Shown here piece by piece: positions 36,861 through 45,310 of a stretch of DNA of 64,000 bases (the stretch's first letter is position 1; every line of letters begins with the position of its first letter). The DNA lies in contig JAYUSF010000224.1 in assembly GCA_043755815.1 (NCBI GenBank), positions 8,924 to 72,923 of the forward strand, read 5' to 3'. Source of the DNA: Verrucomicrobiota bacterium. Lineage in GTDB: Bacteria > Verrucomicrobiota > Verrucomicrobiia > Limisphaerales > UBA9464. Both the position numbers and the translations under genes were made by a program. Below the pieces are notes generated by a model that saw only the letters and a program-made list of their open reading frames with translations, made no database searches and was not told the DNA's origin.

Positions 36861-37727
36861 TCAACGAGGCTGGCCCTTGGATCGGCGGGGGCCGGCGCCG
36901 AGCAACACGCCAAGGCCGGCGCTGAACAGGGCCCAGGTGGCCGGTTCCGGCACGGCGGTCACGGCCGAGAAGCCATCCATCTCCGCCTTACCAGACAGCA
37001 CGTCGATTCGGACGTAGCTGATCTCCGGAAGCGTGACGCCCAGTCCACCGCCATCCCGGGCCCAGGCGAGGTCGTAGCCGATGCCACCGCCACTGCCCGC
37101 ATAGAGGGCGCGGATTTCGGTCAGCGATTTGCCCGCAAAGCTGGGTCCGGTCAGCGCCGGATTGACCGGCAGGCCGAAGCTGCCCTGGCCATCGACGGGA
37201 TAAAGCCCCTCCACCTTGGGCGCGAGCCCGGGGTCGAGGGTGAAGTAGGTAAGGCCGTCCGCACTCACGGAAACGCGCGTGGCGCCCGTCTGGGCGCCGA
37301 ACAGCGAGCCATCCGTGGCGGGGGTCCCGATGAAATTGAAGTTCGCGTCAAAGTCGTTCGTGACGATGAAACCGGCGCCGCCAAAGATCTGGAAATCGAG
37401 CCCGAACGGATTCGCCGCCTCGTTCCGGATCGGCGTGGAAAAGCTGACCGTCAGCGAGCCGCCGGTGCCGAGGGAGAGCAACTGGTCACGGGTGTAAGGC
37501 GGCGCCAACGGGTCCACCGGGCCGCCGAACTGGCCGGGGGTGACGCGGCTGGGTTCGCCGAGCACGGCGGCCGTCTGGTTGTAAGGCAGGCCGCTGCCGA
37601 ACTCGGTCGCAAAGCCGGTGCCTGGCGTGTAGCTGACAACCCCGGTGGCGTATTGGGCGTGCGCCGCAAGGGCGGACGCAAGCAGCGCGACGCCCAAGAC
37701 AAGGCGGCGCAAGGATGACTGATTCAT
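36861..37727 (-). CDS. PEP-CTERM sorting domain-containing secreted protein
   Basis: Signal peptide MNQSSLRRLVLGVALLASALAAHAQ. C-terminus AVPEPATWALFSAGLGVLLGAGPRRSKGQPR. Confidence 0.85.
   Translation of the reverse strand: MNQSSLRRLVLGVALLASALAAHAQYATGVVSYTPGTGFATEFGSGLPYNQTAAVLGEPSRVTPGQFGGPVDPLAPPYTRDQLLSLGTGGSLTVSFSTPIRNEAANPFGLDFQIFGGAGFIVTNDFDANFNFIGTPATDGSLFGAQTGATRVSVSADGLTYFTLDPGLAPKVEGLYPVDGQGSFGLPVNPALTGPSFAGKSLTEIRALYAGSGGGIGYDLAWARDGGGLGVTLPEISYVRIDVLSGKAEMDGFSAVTAVPEPATWALFSAGLGVLLGAGPRRSKGQPR
36864..36953 (-). other. PEP-CTERM sorting signal of the 288-aa protein
   Basis: VPEP, then a hydrophobic helix, then an RR/K-rich tail at the extreme C-terminus. Confidence 0.85.
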
Positions 37728-38254
37728 GACTGATCTGTGGTTCCGAACCACGCGCGTTCCACACGCGTGGCGGTTGGGTGTCCAGGAGACCAGTGCAGGG
37801 GGATGGAGTTTGCAGGCGGCGGACGCGACGCCTCGGCCGAAAAGCAAAACGCCTTCCTCCCCGCGAAACTGAGAATGAAGGCGTGTGACAATCACATTTC
37901 CGGCGCGCAGACAGGCGCACCGGCTGGCCTCATCCTTCGCTTGGCGGCGAAGCAGAAGCGGACAAGCCGGCCAACCGGCCGATGCCCACTTCCTGACGAG
38001 CACTGCCGGCGCGATGTCCGGACTCCGGGCTTAAACCTCGCTCCCGCCTTCCCAGTCTTGCGACCAGTGGCTGTCTTCACCGACCAGGGAGTCTGTAACC
38101 CGATACCGTGGCGCAACCGTCCCCGAATCTCACGGGGTTCCCGCACCTCCGACAGTGTTTGAAACATTGCCAGCCTCTCGCGAAGCCGGCGCTTCAAGGA
38201 ACGGCGGTGATATGAGGGTGCGCGGGTGGGATTTCAAATTCCAAATTGGGAATC

Positions 38255-40144
38255 TTAAATCTCCACCTGCATCCCGAGTTCCACCACGCGGTTGGGCGGC
38301 AGCCGGAAGAACGCGGTGGCCGAGTGGGCGTTGCGGGACATGAGCGCAAACAGCCGTTCCCGCCAGATCGCCATGCCGCTCTTCTTGGACGGAATGATCG
38401 TCTCGCGGCTCACAAAAAATGAGGTCTCGTGCTCGCGACACTTGAGGCCAAGTTCGCCGCAGCGACGCAGGATGTCGGGAATGTCCGGCTCCTCCATGAA
38501 ACCATAGCGGGCCCGCACCCGCCAAAAGGCTTCCCCGAGGTCCTCGACGGACATCCGGGTCTCGTCCTCCACATGGGGCGATTCGTCGACCGAAACCGTC
38601 ATGAAGACGACACGTTCATGGAGCACCTTGTTGTGTTTCAGGTTGTGCAGCAGCGCGATGGGCACGCCATCAGGGTTCCCGGCGAGGTAGATGCCGGTGC
38701 CCTTCACGCGCGGAATCTCGCGGCGACCGAGGCTGGACAGGAATTGGTCCACGGGCAGGGCCGACTGGCGCATGCGTTCCCACAGCAGCGTCCGCCCCTT
38801 GCGCCAGGTGGTCATGAGCGTGAACAGGATCGCCCCCACCACCAGCGGGAACCAGCCGCCGTGGGCGATTTTCAGCGAGTTGGCGCTGAAGAAGGAGACC
38901 TCGACGACGAGGAAGACCAGGGTCAATCCGCCGGCGGCCGCGAACGACCAGTTCCACAGGCGGCGGGCGGCAAAATAGAACAGGACCGTGTCGATGATCA
39001 TCGTGAGCGTGACCCCCACACCGTAGGCGGCGGTCAGGTTGGACGAAGAGCGGAAGGCCAGCACCAAGGCGAGACACGACACCATGAGCGCCCAATTGAC
39101 GTGGGGAATGTAGATCTGCCCGCGCTCCCTTTCGCTCGTGTGTTCGATGGCGAGGCGAGGCAGGAAGCCAAGCTGGATGGCCTGCATCGTCAGCGAATAG
39201 ACCCCGCTGATGAGCGCCTGTGACGCAATGACCGCCGCCGCCGTCGCGAGCCCAACCAGGGGCAGGAGTGCCCATTTGGGGGCCAGATTGTAAAAGGGAT
39301 TTACGGCGGTCTCAGGATGCTCAATGAGCAGCGCGCCCTGACCAAAGTAGTTCAAAAGGAGTGCGGGCAGGACCAGGCCGAACCAAGCCCGGCGGATCGG
39401 GCGGGCGCCGAAATGTCCCATGTCCGCATAGAGCGCCTCGCCGCCCGTCGCCACGAGGAACACCGCGCCCAAGACCACGAACCCCTCCCCGCGGTTTTCC
39501 AGGAAAAACTGCACCGCATGATGCGGACTGACCGCCCCCAGCACGGTGGGATGCTGGATGATCCCCTTGATCCCGAGCAGCCCAATGGTCACAAACCACA
39601 CGATCATCACCGGACCGAACACGTTGCCGATGGCGCCGGTGCCGGCCCGCTGCACGCTGAACAGGCCGATCAGGACCGCGAGCGCGAGCGGAACCACGAA
39701 CGGCTTCAGCTTCAAGGTCACCACCTCCAACCCTTCGACGGCGCCGAGCACCGTGACCGGCGGCGTAATCATGCCATCGCCGTAAAGCAGCGCGGCGCCG
39801 AAAACTCCCAGCAGGGTCATCACCATCGCCCGGCGCCCCCGCCCGGCCGCGGTCTTCCGGTCAGGAAAAGCCAACGCCAGCAACGATAGGATTCCGCCTT
39901 CGCCCTTGTTGTCCGCCCGAAGCACGAAGACCAGGTATTTGACCGAAACCACCAGGATCAGGGACCAGATGATCAGGGACAGCACCCCGTAAACGTTGTC
40001 CGGAGTCGGGGCGACCCCATGGACCCCGTTGAAGCATTCGCGCATCGCGTAAAGCGGGCTGGTGCCGATATCGCCGTAAACCACGCCCAACGCGGCCAGC
40101 GTCAGGGCCGCCGTCCGGCTCGGTTTGGAAGATTCCGTGTGCAT
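38255..40144 (-). CDS. kup: potassium transporter Kup (KUP/HAK/KT family)
   Basis: N-terminal signature LAALGVVYGDIGTSPLYA, about 12 TM segments and a C-terminal cytoplasmic domain; 629 aa. Confidence 0.93.
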   Translation of the reverse strand: MHTESSKPSRTAALTLAALGVVYGDIGTSPLYAMRECFNGVHGVAPTPDNVYGVLSLIIWSLILVVSVKYLVFVLRADNKGEGGILSLLALAFPDRKTAAGRGRRAMVMTLLGVFGAALLYGDGMITPPVTVLGAVEGLEVVTLKLKPFVVPLALAVLIGLFSVQRAGTGAIGNVFGPVMIVWFVTIGLLGIKGIIQHPTVLGAVSPHHAVQFFLENRGEGFVVLGAVFLVATGGEALYADMGHFGARPIRRAWFGLVLPALLLNYFGQGALLIEHPETAVNPFYNLAPKWALLPLVGLATAAAVIASQALISGVYSLTMQAIQLGFLPRLAIEHTSERERGQIYIPHVNWALMVSCLALVLAFRSSSNLTAAYGVGVTLTMIIDTVLFYFAARRLWNWSFAAAGGLTLVFLVVEVSFFSANSLKIAHGGWFPLVVGAILFTLMTTWRKGRTLLWERMRQSALPVDQFLSSLGRREIPRVKGTGIYLAGNPDGVPIALLHNLKHNKVLHERVVFMTVSVDESPHVEDETRMSVEDLGEAFWRVRARYGFMEEPDIPDILRRCGELGLKCREHETSFFVSRETIIPSKKSGMAIWRERLFALMSRNAHSATAFFRLPPNRVVELGMQVEI

Positions 40145-40155
40145 GGAAAAAACGG

Positions 40156-40590
40156 TCAGGTGGCCACCAAACCCAGTTTCAGGGCGGCAATGAGGTTCTG
40201 CGGTTCGTCCGTGCCCACGGCCAGCTTCTTGCCGTCCTTCAGCGTGAACGCCACGGCCTCAAAGCCGGCGACGTTGTAGAGCCAGCCAAACTTCGTGTAG
40301 TGAATGCCCCAGCCTTCCAGCCAGGTGGTGCGGACGGGGCGGGCTTCGGCAATGTGAGCCACGGGAATGCTTCGGCGGATCAGGCCGGGACCAAAGCGCC
40401 AGTGCAGTTGCCGGTCGGCGACCTCAACTGAAATCGAGCCGAACAGCCAAGCCACCGCGACCAGCACCGGAATGCCGGAAAGTGCACCCCAGACGCGCGT
40501 CGAGGCGGCAAACCCCGCCAACAGGACTGCCATCACCGCGGGAAACAATAGCCAGCGGCCCGCCCGCTGTGTGTGCGAGTAAGTCTTCAT
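40156..40590 (-). CDS. small membrane protein with a C-terminal soluble (possibly bacterial PH-like) domain, hypothetical
   Basis: MKTYSHTQRAGRWLLFPAVMAVLLAGFAA and IPVLVAVAWLFGSI spans, then a ~90-aa domain. Sits 11 nt upstream of kup, so probably the same operon. Confidence 0.55.
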   Translation of the reverse strand: MKTYSHTQRAGRWLLFPAVMAVLLAGFAASTRVWGALSGIPVLVAVAWLFGSISVEVADRQLHWRFGPGLIRRSIPVAHIAEARPVRTTWLEGWGIHYTKFGWLYNVAGFEAVAFTLKDGKKLAVGTDEPQNLIAALKLGLVAT

Positions 40591-40660
40591 CGCGAATACC
40601 GTCCCGGACGCACCAAGGTTGGGGCGTCGTCCTGCCGCGTCCGAATGGAGGCGGGACGGC

Positions 40661-40797
40661 CCTTCCAAATGCCTGCGGAGTTAGCTGACGGACTGGAGCC
40701 TGGAAGTGCCCCCGGACCACCGGTTACCCGGTGCCGCACGCCCCGGCCGTGGCATTTCCGCCCCGGCTGATGGGTCCCCCGCGCCCGGATCTTGGAA
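40661..40797 (-). promoter_or_regulatory. c-di-AMP riboswitch candidate (ydaO-yuaA class) in the leader of the 40590/kup operon
   Basis: The minus-strand RNA has closing helix UUCCAA...UUGGAA. It also has class-conserved blocks GCGCGGGGGACCCA, GGGGCGGAAAUGCC and CCGUCAGCUAACUCCGCAGGC (compare B. subtilis ydaO GAGCGGGGGACCCA ... GGGGUGAAUCC ... CCGUCAGCUAACCUCGUAAGCG). Ends about 70 nt before the ATG. Confidence 0.7.
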
Positions 40798-40967
40798 TCG
40801 GCCGGGCTTCGGCTGCGGGCGCGAGTAGTGCAAAAACCGGCCGCCCTGTCAAACGACCGGTCCGCCGGCCGAGTTCCCGCAACCTTCACGGGGAGCCTCC
40901 TGAGGCACATCGACGCGCACACTGCAAATGCTGGCCGGAGTCGCCACTGCCCGGGAATTGACGGCCG

Positions 40968-41183
40968 TCACTTGGTCAGGAACCAGTGGATGAACCCGCA
41001 GCCGTTGCACACCAGGCAGTAGGCCTGCCGGTCCACCCAGTCGGGATTCATCGTGGTGGTCAGGGCCGTGTCCAAATGGGACCGGCGCTGGTGAAACGAT
41101 TCGTGCTGGCACATCAGGCACTTGAGCCGGTGACCGGCGACTTCTACGGGGGCGGCTTCGGTCTTGATGCTGTTCAGGGGCAT
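40968..41183 (-). CDS. small zinc-ribbon-like protein (hypothetical)
   Basis: 71 aa with paired CxxC motifs (CLMC ... CLVCNGC). ATG at 41183; the rest of the track ORF is rejected. Confidence 0.45.
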   Translation of the reverse strand: MPLNSIKTEAAPVEVAGHRLKCLMCQHESFHQRRSHLDTALTTTMNPDWVDRQAYCLVCNGCGFIHWFLTK

Positions 41184-41382
41184 AGGTGGGCAGGGATTGG
41201 GGCAAGGGTGACGGGGAAGCTGAGACGCTGTCCGAAGTGATCGGAAGACAGACGAACCCAGCGGTGCGCGCTCGCTTTCATGGGGAACGACCCCATCCAG
41301 CCACGCCGGGCGGTGAAATGAAAAGCCTTTCGTCGCCGGCTTGCTGCCGTCCATGCGCTTTGCCACGGTAACCGCACCCGAA

Positions 41383-42228
41383 ATGAAGCTCCGCAAAGCC
41401 GTCATCACCGCCGCCGGGAAGAACCAGCGCACGCTGCCGCTCCAGTCCCTCGTGGACCGGGACGGCGCCACCAAGACCGCCCTGGCGATCATCATCGAGG
41501 AGGCGCTGGCCGCCGGGGTGGAGGAAATCGGGGTCGTCATCTGTCCAGGCGACCAGGCGGCCTACACCTCGGCGGCGGGCCGGCACGCGCCCCGGCTTCG
41601 ATTCATTGAGCAGGCGGAACCCCTCGGCTACGGCCACGCCGTGTGGTGCGCGCGGGAATTTGTCGGCGACGCCCCGTTCCTGCTGCTGGTGGGCGACCAT
41701 CTTTATGTCAGCACGCAGGCGAATGGCTGCGCGAAACAACTGGTGGAGGTCGCCTGCGCGGCTGACTGCGCCGTATCGGCCGTGCAGGCCACGCACGAGA
41801 GCAAGCTGCCCTTTTATGGTGCGGTCGGCGGAAAGCTGGTCCCCGGCCAAACCGGCCTGCACGAGCTTAGCGACGTGCTGGAAAAGCCGACCCCTACGGA
41901 AGCGGAACAGCGGCTCGTCGTGCCGGGACTCCGGGCCGGGCACTACCTGTGTTTCTTCGGCATGCACGTGCTCACTCCGGCGGTGATGAACCTGCTGGGC
42001 TCCCTGGTGGCGGCCAACGCCGGCCGCGGCGGAGTCCACCTGTCGACAGCCCTGGCCCAACTGGCCCGCCGGGAGCGTTACCTCGCCTTTGAAGCCAACG
42101 GTCGCCGCTACGATCTGGGGGCAAAATACGGCCTGTTGACCGCCCAGCTGGCGTTGGCTTTGGAGGGTGGTGACCGGGACGAAGTGCTCGCCGGACTCGT
42201 CGAACTGCTGGCCCAACGGGCGCGCTAG
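41383..42228 (+). CDS. sugar-phosphate nucleotidyltransferase (UTP--glucose-1-phosphate uridylyltransferase-like)
   Basis: [20 protein letters not shown]-terminal nucleotide-binding loop (a degenerate GxGTRxLP), [12 protein letters not shown] and LLLVGDHLY blocks. An alternative ATG lies at 41353. Confidence 0.7.
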   Translation: MKLRKAVITAAGKNQRTLPLQSLVDRDGATKTALAIIIEEALAAGVEEIGVVICPGDQAAYTSAAGRHAPRLRFIEQAEPLGYGHAVWCAREFVGDAPFLLLVGDHLYVSTQANGCAKQLVEVACAADCAVSAVQATHESKLPFYGAVGGKLVPGQTGLHELSDVLEKPTPTEAEQRLVVPGLRAGHYLCFFGMHVLTPAVMNLLGSLVAANAGRGGVHLSTALAQLARRERYLAFEANGRRYDLGAKYGLLTAQLALALEGGDRDEVLAGLVELLAQRAR

Positions 42229-42234
42229 CCGGAG

Positions 42235-43269
42235 CTACTTCCGCTTTCCAGTGTCGGCCTTGATCCGGGCCCGCTCGGCTTCGAGCGTTTGCCGACGGGA
42301 TTGGAGCTCGCCGAGCGCGTCCTTGATCGCCGACTCCAGGCGGCGTTTCAGCCCCGCGGAGTAGAACGGGCTGGTTCGATTCGCCTCAAGCTCAGCCTGC
42401 CGGGCGGAGATTTCCGCCTGCACCAACCCGATCTCCCGCTCCACCTGTGCCGGCCGGGAAACCGGTTCGGCGCCAGACTTGGGTTCCTTGGTTTTTCCCT
42501 GAAGCAGCTCTTGGACTGTCCGCGGACGAAACTCCGCTTCGAGTTTCTTCAGAAAGTCGGCGGCTTCGCGATTGGCCTGCACGTAGCCCAGCAGTTCACG
42601 GAACCGGGCGCCGCCTTCCGGCCGCTTGGCCGCCCAATGGCCCAGCATCACGTCCACCCGCGCCCAAAAGGTGTTGCGATCCTCCTCGTCCCATTCTTTC
42701 AGGGTGACCTCGTCGCCCGGCTTCGGTTCCCGTGCATGCAACCGCCCGAAGAGCGCCATCTCTTCGGGAGTGCCCGCCCACAGTTGCTGCGGCAACTCCG
42801 CCGCCTTCCTGGCGATGAGCTCAGCTTCGCCCTTGGCTTCGCCTTCGGCCCACTTCACCCAAGTGTCCGCTTCACTCAGAGCTCCCAGCAGTTCGCCGTC
42901 ATGGAGGGCGGCGCGCGCCCGGATCTGGTAGGCCAACGCGTGCACCCGCCGCTCCGCGGCAGGGACCTTTTCGGGCGTCGCTTCCGGTCCCACCACCGTC
43001 CACCGGCGCAGGATCACGGTGGACGCCAGTTCCCGAAGCTTGGTCCAGCCCCCATCGGGTGCCGTCGCGTTGCGTTGTTTCAACGCCTCTTCCAGGACGC
43101 GCGTTGTCTTTTCCAACTCCGGATCAGGCGCCGCCACCTTCAGCGGAATGGCCCGGGCATTGCCCAGGGCAGCGACCGGAATCCGGTTGGTGGCCTTCTG
43201 CGTCTGCGCGGCAGCCGGGGAAAGCAGACCGGCCACCAGACCGGTCAAGGCGAGACAGGAAATGCGCAC
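42235..43269 (-). CDS. secreted hypothetical protein with C-terminal coiled coil
   Basis: GTG 43269 gives signal peptide VRISCLALTGLVAGLLSPAAAQ. The C-terminal ~60 aa are heptad-like and charged (EISARQAELEAN...LQSRRQTLEAERARIKA). No family recognised. Confidence 0.5.
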   Translation of the reverse strand: MRISCLALTGLVAGLLSPAAAQTQKATNRIPVAALGNARAIPLKVAAPDPELEKTTRVLEEALKQRNATAPDGGWTKLRELASTVILRRWTVVGPEATPEKVPAAERRVHALAYQIRARAALHDGELLGALSEADTWVKWAEGEAKGEAELIARKAAELPQQLWAGTPEEMALFGRLHAREPKPGDEVTLKEWDEEDRNTFWARVDVMLGHWAAKRPEGGARFRELLGYVQANREAADFLKKLEAEFRPRTVQELLQGKTKEPKSGAEPVSRPAQVEREIGLVQAEISARQAELEANRTSPFYSAGLKRRLESAIKDALGELQSRRQTLEAERARIKADTGKRK

Positions 43270-43306
43270 GGCGTCGAATAGCAGGCGGGCAAGGCTGACG
43301 ACGGGC

Positions 43307-43867
43307 TCAGCGCGCGTAGATTCCGCAGGGAGCAAACACCGCGGCCGGGCCACCGGAAATGCCCACGGGCGGCACCATGATCGACACCGGCGCGCCGTTG
43401 ACGGTGAGTTCGGCGGTCGTGGCGACGGCTTCGATTCCCTGTTGGAAGAACGGCGGCATGGCCGAAGGGACGCGACTGATGAGTTCCGCCTCCCTGAGGC
43501 CGCTGAGCCGGGTCTTGAAGACGTGTCCGGCGACCGTGATGGTGGCGCTGACTTCGGCCGGCGCGCTCAGGCTGATCTCGATCTGCGCGGACAAAACCGG
43601 GGCGTTTTCAAACGGTGTGCCGGCAAAAATCTTGGGCCCGAAATACGCGCCCACCTTCGAGTCCGGCGAAACGAAACCCATGACGGACGGCGGTTGGGCG
43701 GGATCCGGCTGGAAGAAGATCATGCCGGCGGGGGCCGAGCCGACCGGGGTGTGGACCATCCGCGCGACGTGGACGATGACGTTGGGCATCGCCAAACCCG
43801 GCTGCGTGACAGCGACGAGATCGACTCCACCTTCCCAGGACATCCAGTTGTTAATGAGCGTAGCCAT
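43307..43867 (-). CDS. hypothetical protein (186 aa)
   Basis: Clean ORF from ATG 43867 (MATLINNWMSWEGG...) with coding-like composition. No recognisable motifs. Confidence 0.45.
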   Translation of the reverse strand: MATLINNWMSWEGGVDLVAVTQPGLAMPNVIVHVARMVHTPVGSAPAGMIFFQPDPAQPPSVMGFVSPDSKVGAYFGPKIFAGTPFENAPVLSAQIEISLSAPAEVSATITVAGHVFKTRLSGLREAELISRVPSAMPPFFQQGIEAVATTAELTVNGAPVSIMVPPVGISGGPAAVFAPCGIYAR

Positions 43868-44017
43868 AAAATTGAACCGTGATTGTGGTTGCGCGGGCAT
43901 TCTTCGTCGAACTCGCGCCGTCGACAATACGTGTTTCTACGTAAGCGCGGCTCCGGCGGGCGGAATCCCGATGCCCGGCGCTTTGACAAAGGACCGCACC
44001 GTGGCCCAGAAAACGCC

Positions 44018-45310
44018 GTGACCTACGCGGACGCGCTCGCCTACCTGCACTCGCTGCGGATGTTTGGTTTCCAGCCCGGCCTGGAAACCACCCGGCGGCT
44101 GGCCGAAGCGGCGGGCAATCCGCACGAGCGGCTGCGGTTCATCCACGTCGCCGGCACCAACGGTAAGGGCTCCGTCTGCGCCCTGCTCGAAAGCGTTTAC
44201 CGGACGACTGGCTTTCGCACCGGCCTCTACACGTCGCCCCACCTCGTGCGGTTTGGCGAACGGATGCAGATCAACCGCGTGCCGATTCCCGACGCCGATC
44301 TCGCCCGACACGTCGCCGCCTTGAAGGCCGTGGCCGAGACCTTGCCCGGACTTGATCCCACGTTTTTCGAATTCACGACCGTGCTGGCGCTTCGCTATTT
44401 CGCCGAGGCGCACGTGGACGTGGTGCTCTGGGAAACCGGACTCGGCGGCCGGCTCGACGCCACGAACATCGTCACGCCCCTCGCCAGTGTGATCACGCAG
44501 ATCGGCTGGGATCACCAGAAGGTGCTGGGGAATACCATTGCCGCCATCGCGGCGGAAAAGGCGGGCATCATCAAGCCGGGCGTGCCCGCGCTGACCGCCG
44601 CCACGGACCCGGAGGCCAGGGCCATCATCGAATGGAAGGCGCGGGAACTCGATTCCCTCCTGCTCATCATCGGGCCGGGCGAACTCGCCAACTTCCGCCT
44701 CGAAGTCGGCCTGCTCGGCGAACATCAGCGCAGCAATGGTGCGCTCGCCGCGGCCACTGTCCGGCTGCTGCGCGTGTTCCTGCCCGTCAGCGACGCGCAA
44801 CTGGCCGAAGGATTCAGGAACGTGAACTGGCCGGGCCGACTTCAGGTCGTGAAACGTGGCGGCCAGACGCTGCTGCTCGACGGCGCGCACAACCGGGACG
44901 GCGTGGCCTCGCTCACGGCGGCGCTCCGGCAGAATTTCGCGGGAAAGCGACCGACGCTGATCCTCGGGATGCTCGCGGACAAAGACTGGTCCGACATGGT
45001 TCGGGCCTTGGTCCCGCTGGCTGCCCGCGTCATCACCGCACCGGTTGCCAGCGGGCGGACCGTCACTGCGGAGGACCTTCGCGCCGCCTGTGTGGCCACG
45101 GGCGCCGGACGACCGGTGAAGGCGGCGCAATCCGTCGCCGAAGCCTTGAAGCTGTCCGCCGTCGACCCCTTCGTGGTCATCACGGGTTCGCTCTATTTCA
45201 TCGGGGAAGCCTTGGAACGGCTCGGCCTGAGCGCCGCCCCGATCGGCGAGGAGCGCGCCTTGAACGAGTGGTCGCCACCCGGACCGAACCTTTCCCCGGC
45301 CAAGCGCTAA
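44018..45310 (+). CDS. folC: bifunctional folylpolyglutamate synthase / dihydrofolate synthase
   Basis: P-loop HVAGTNGKGSV and Mur-ligase family blocks (ETGLGGRLDATN, LLLDGAHN). GTG 44018 is preferred. Confidence 0.9.
   Translation: MTYADALAYLHSLRMFGFQPGLETTRRLAEAAGNPHERLRFIHVAGTNGKGSVCALLESVYRTTGFRTGLYTSPHLVRFGERMQINRVPIPDADLARHVAALKAVAETLPGLDPTFFEFTTVLALRYFAEAHVDVVLWETGLGGRLDATNIVTPLASVITQIGWDHQKVLGNTIAAIAAEKAGIIKPGVPALTAATDPEARAIIEWKARELDSLLLIIGPGELANFRLEVGLLGEHQRSNGALAAATVRLLRVFLPVSDAQLAEGFRNVNWPGRLQVVKRGGQTLLLDGAHNRDGVASLTAALRQNFAGKRPTLILGMLADKDWSDMVRALVPLAARVITAPVASGRTVTAEDLRAACVATGAGRPVKAAQSVAEALKLSAVDPFVVITGSLYFIGEALERLGLSAAPIGEERALNEWSPPGPNLSPAKR

Noticed and set aside
37855-37925. 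A CTGAGA motif and a nearby CCGGCG, reminiscent of a TPP riboswitch core (plus strand).
   Set aside because: The ACCUGAUC / pyrimidine-sensor helix context is missing, and no plus-strand gene lies downstream.
38221-38254. A/T-rich segment GGGATTTCAAATTCCAAATTGGGAATCTTAAATC immediately after the kup stop, loosely palindromic.
   Set aside because: Only a 5-bp stem (ATTCC/GGAAT) can be drawn, there is no second copy in the window, and I cannot support a terminator or repeat call.
43868-44017. Possible THF riboswitch upstream of folC.
   Set aside because: I could not find the conserved THF-aptamer pseudoknot elements by eye, and the region also has to hold the divergent promoters.
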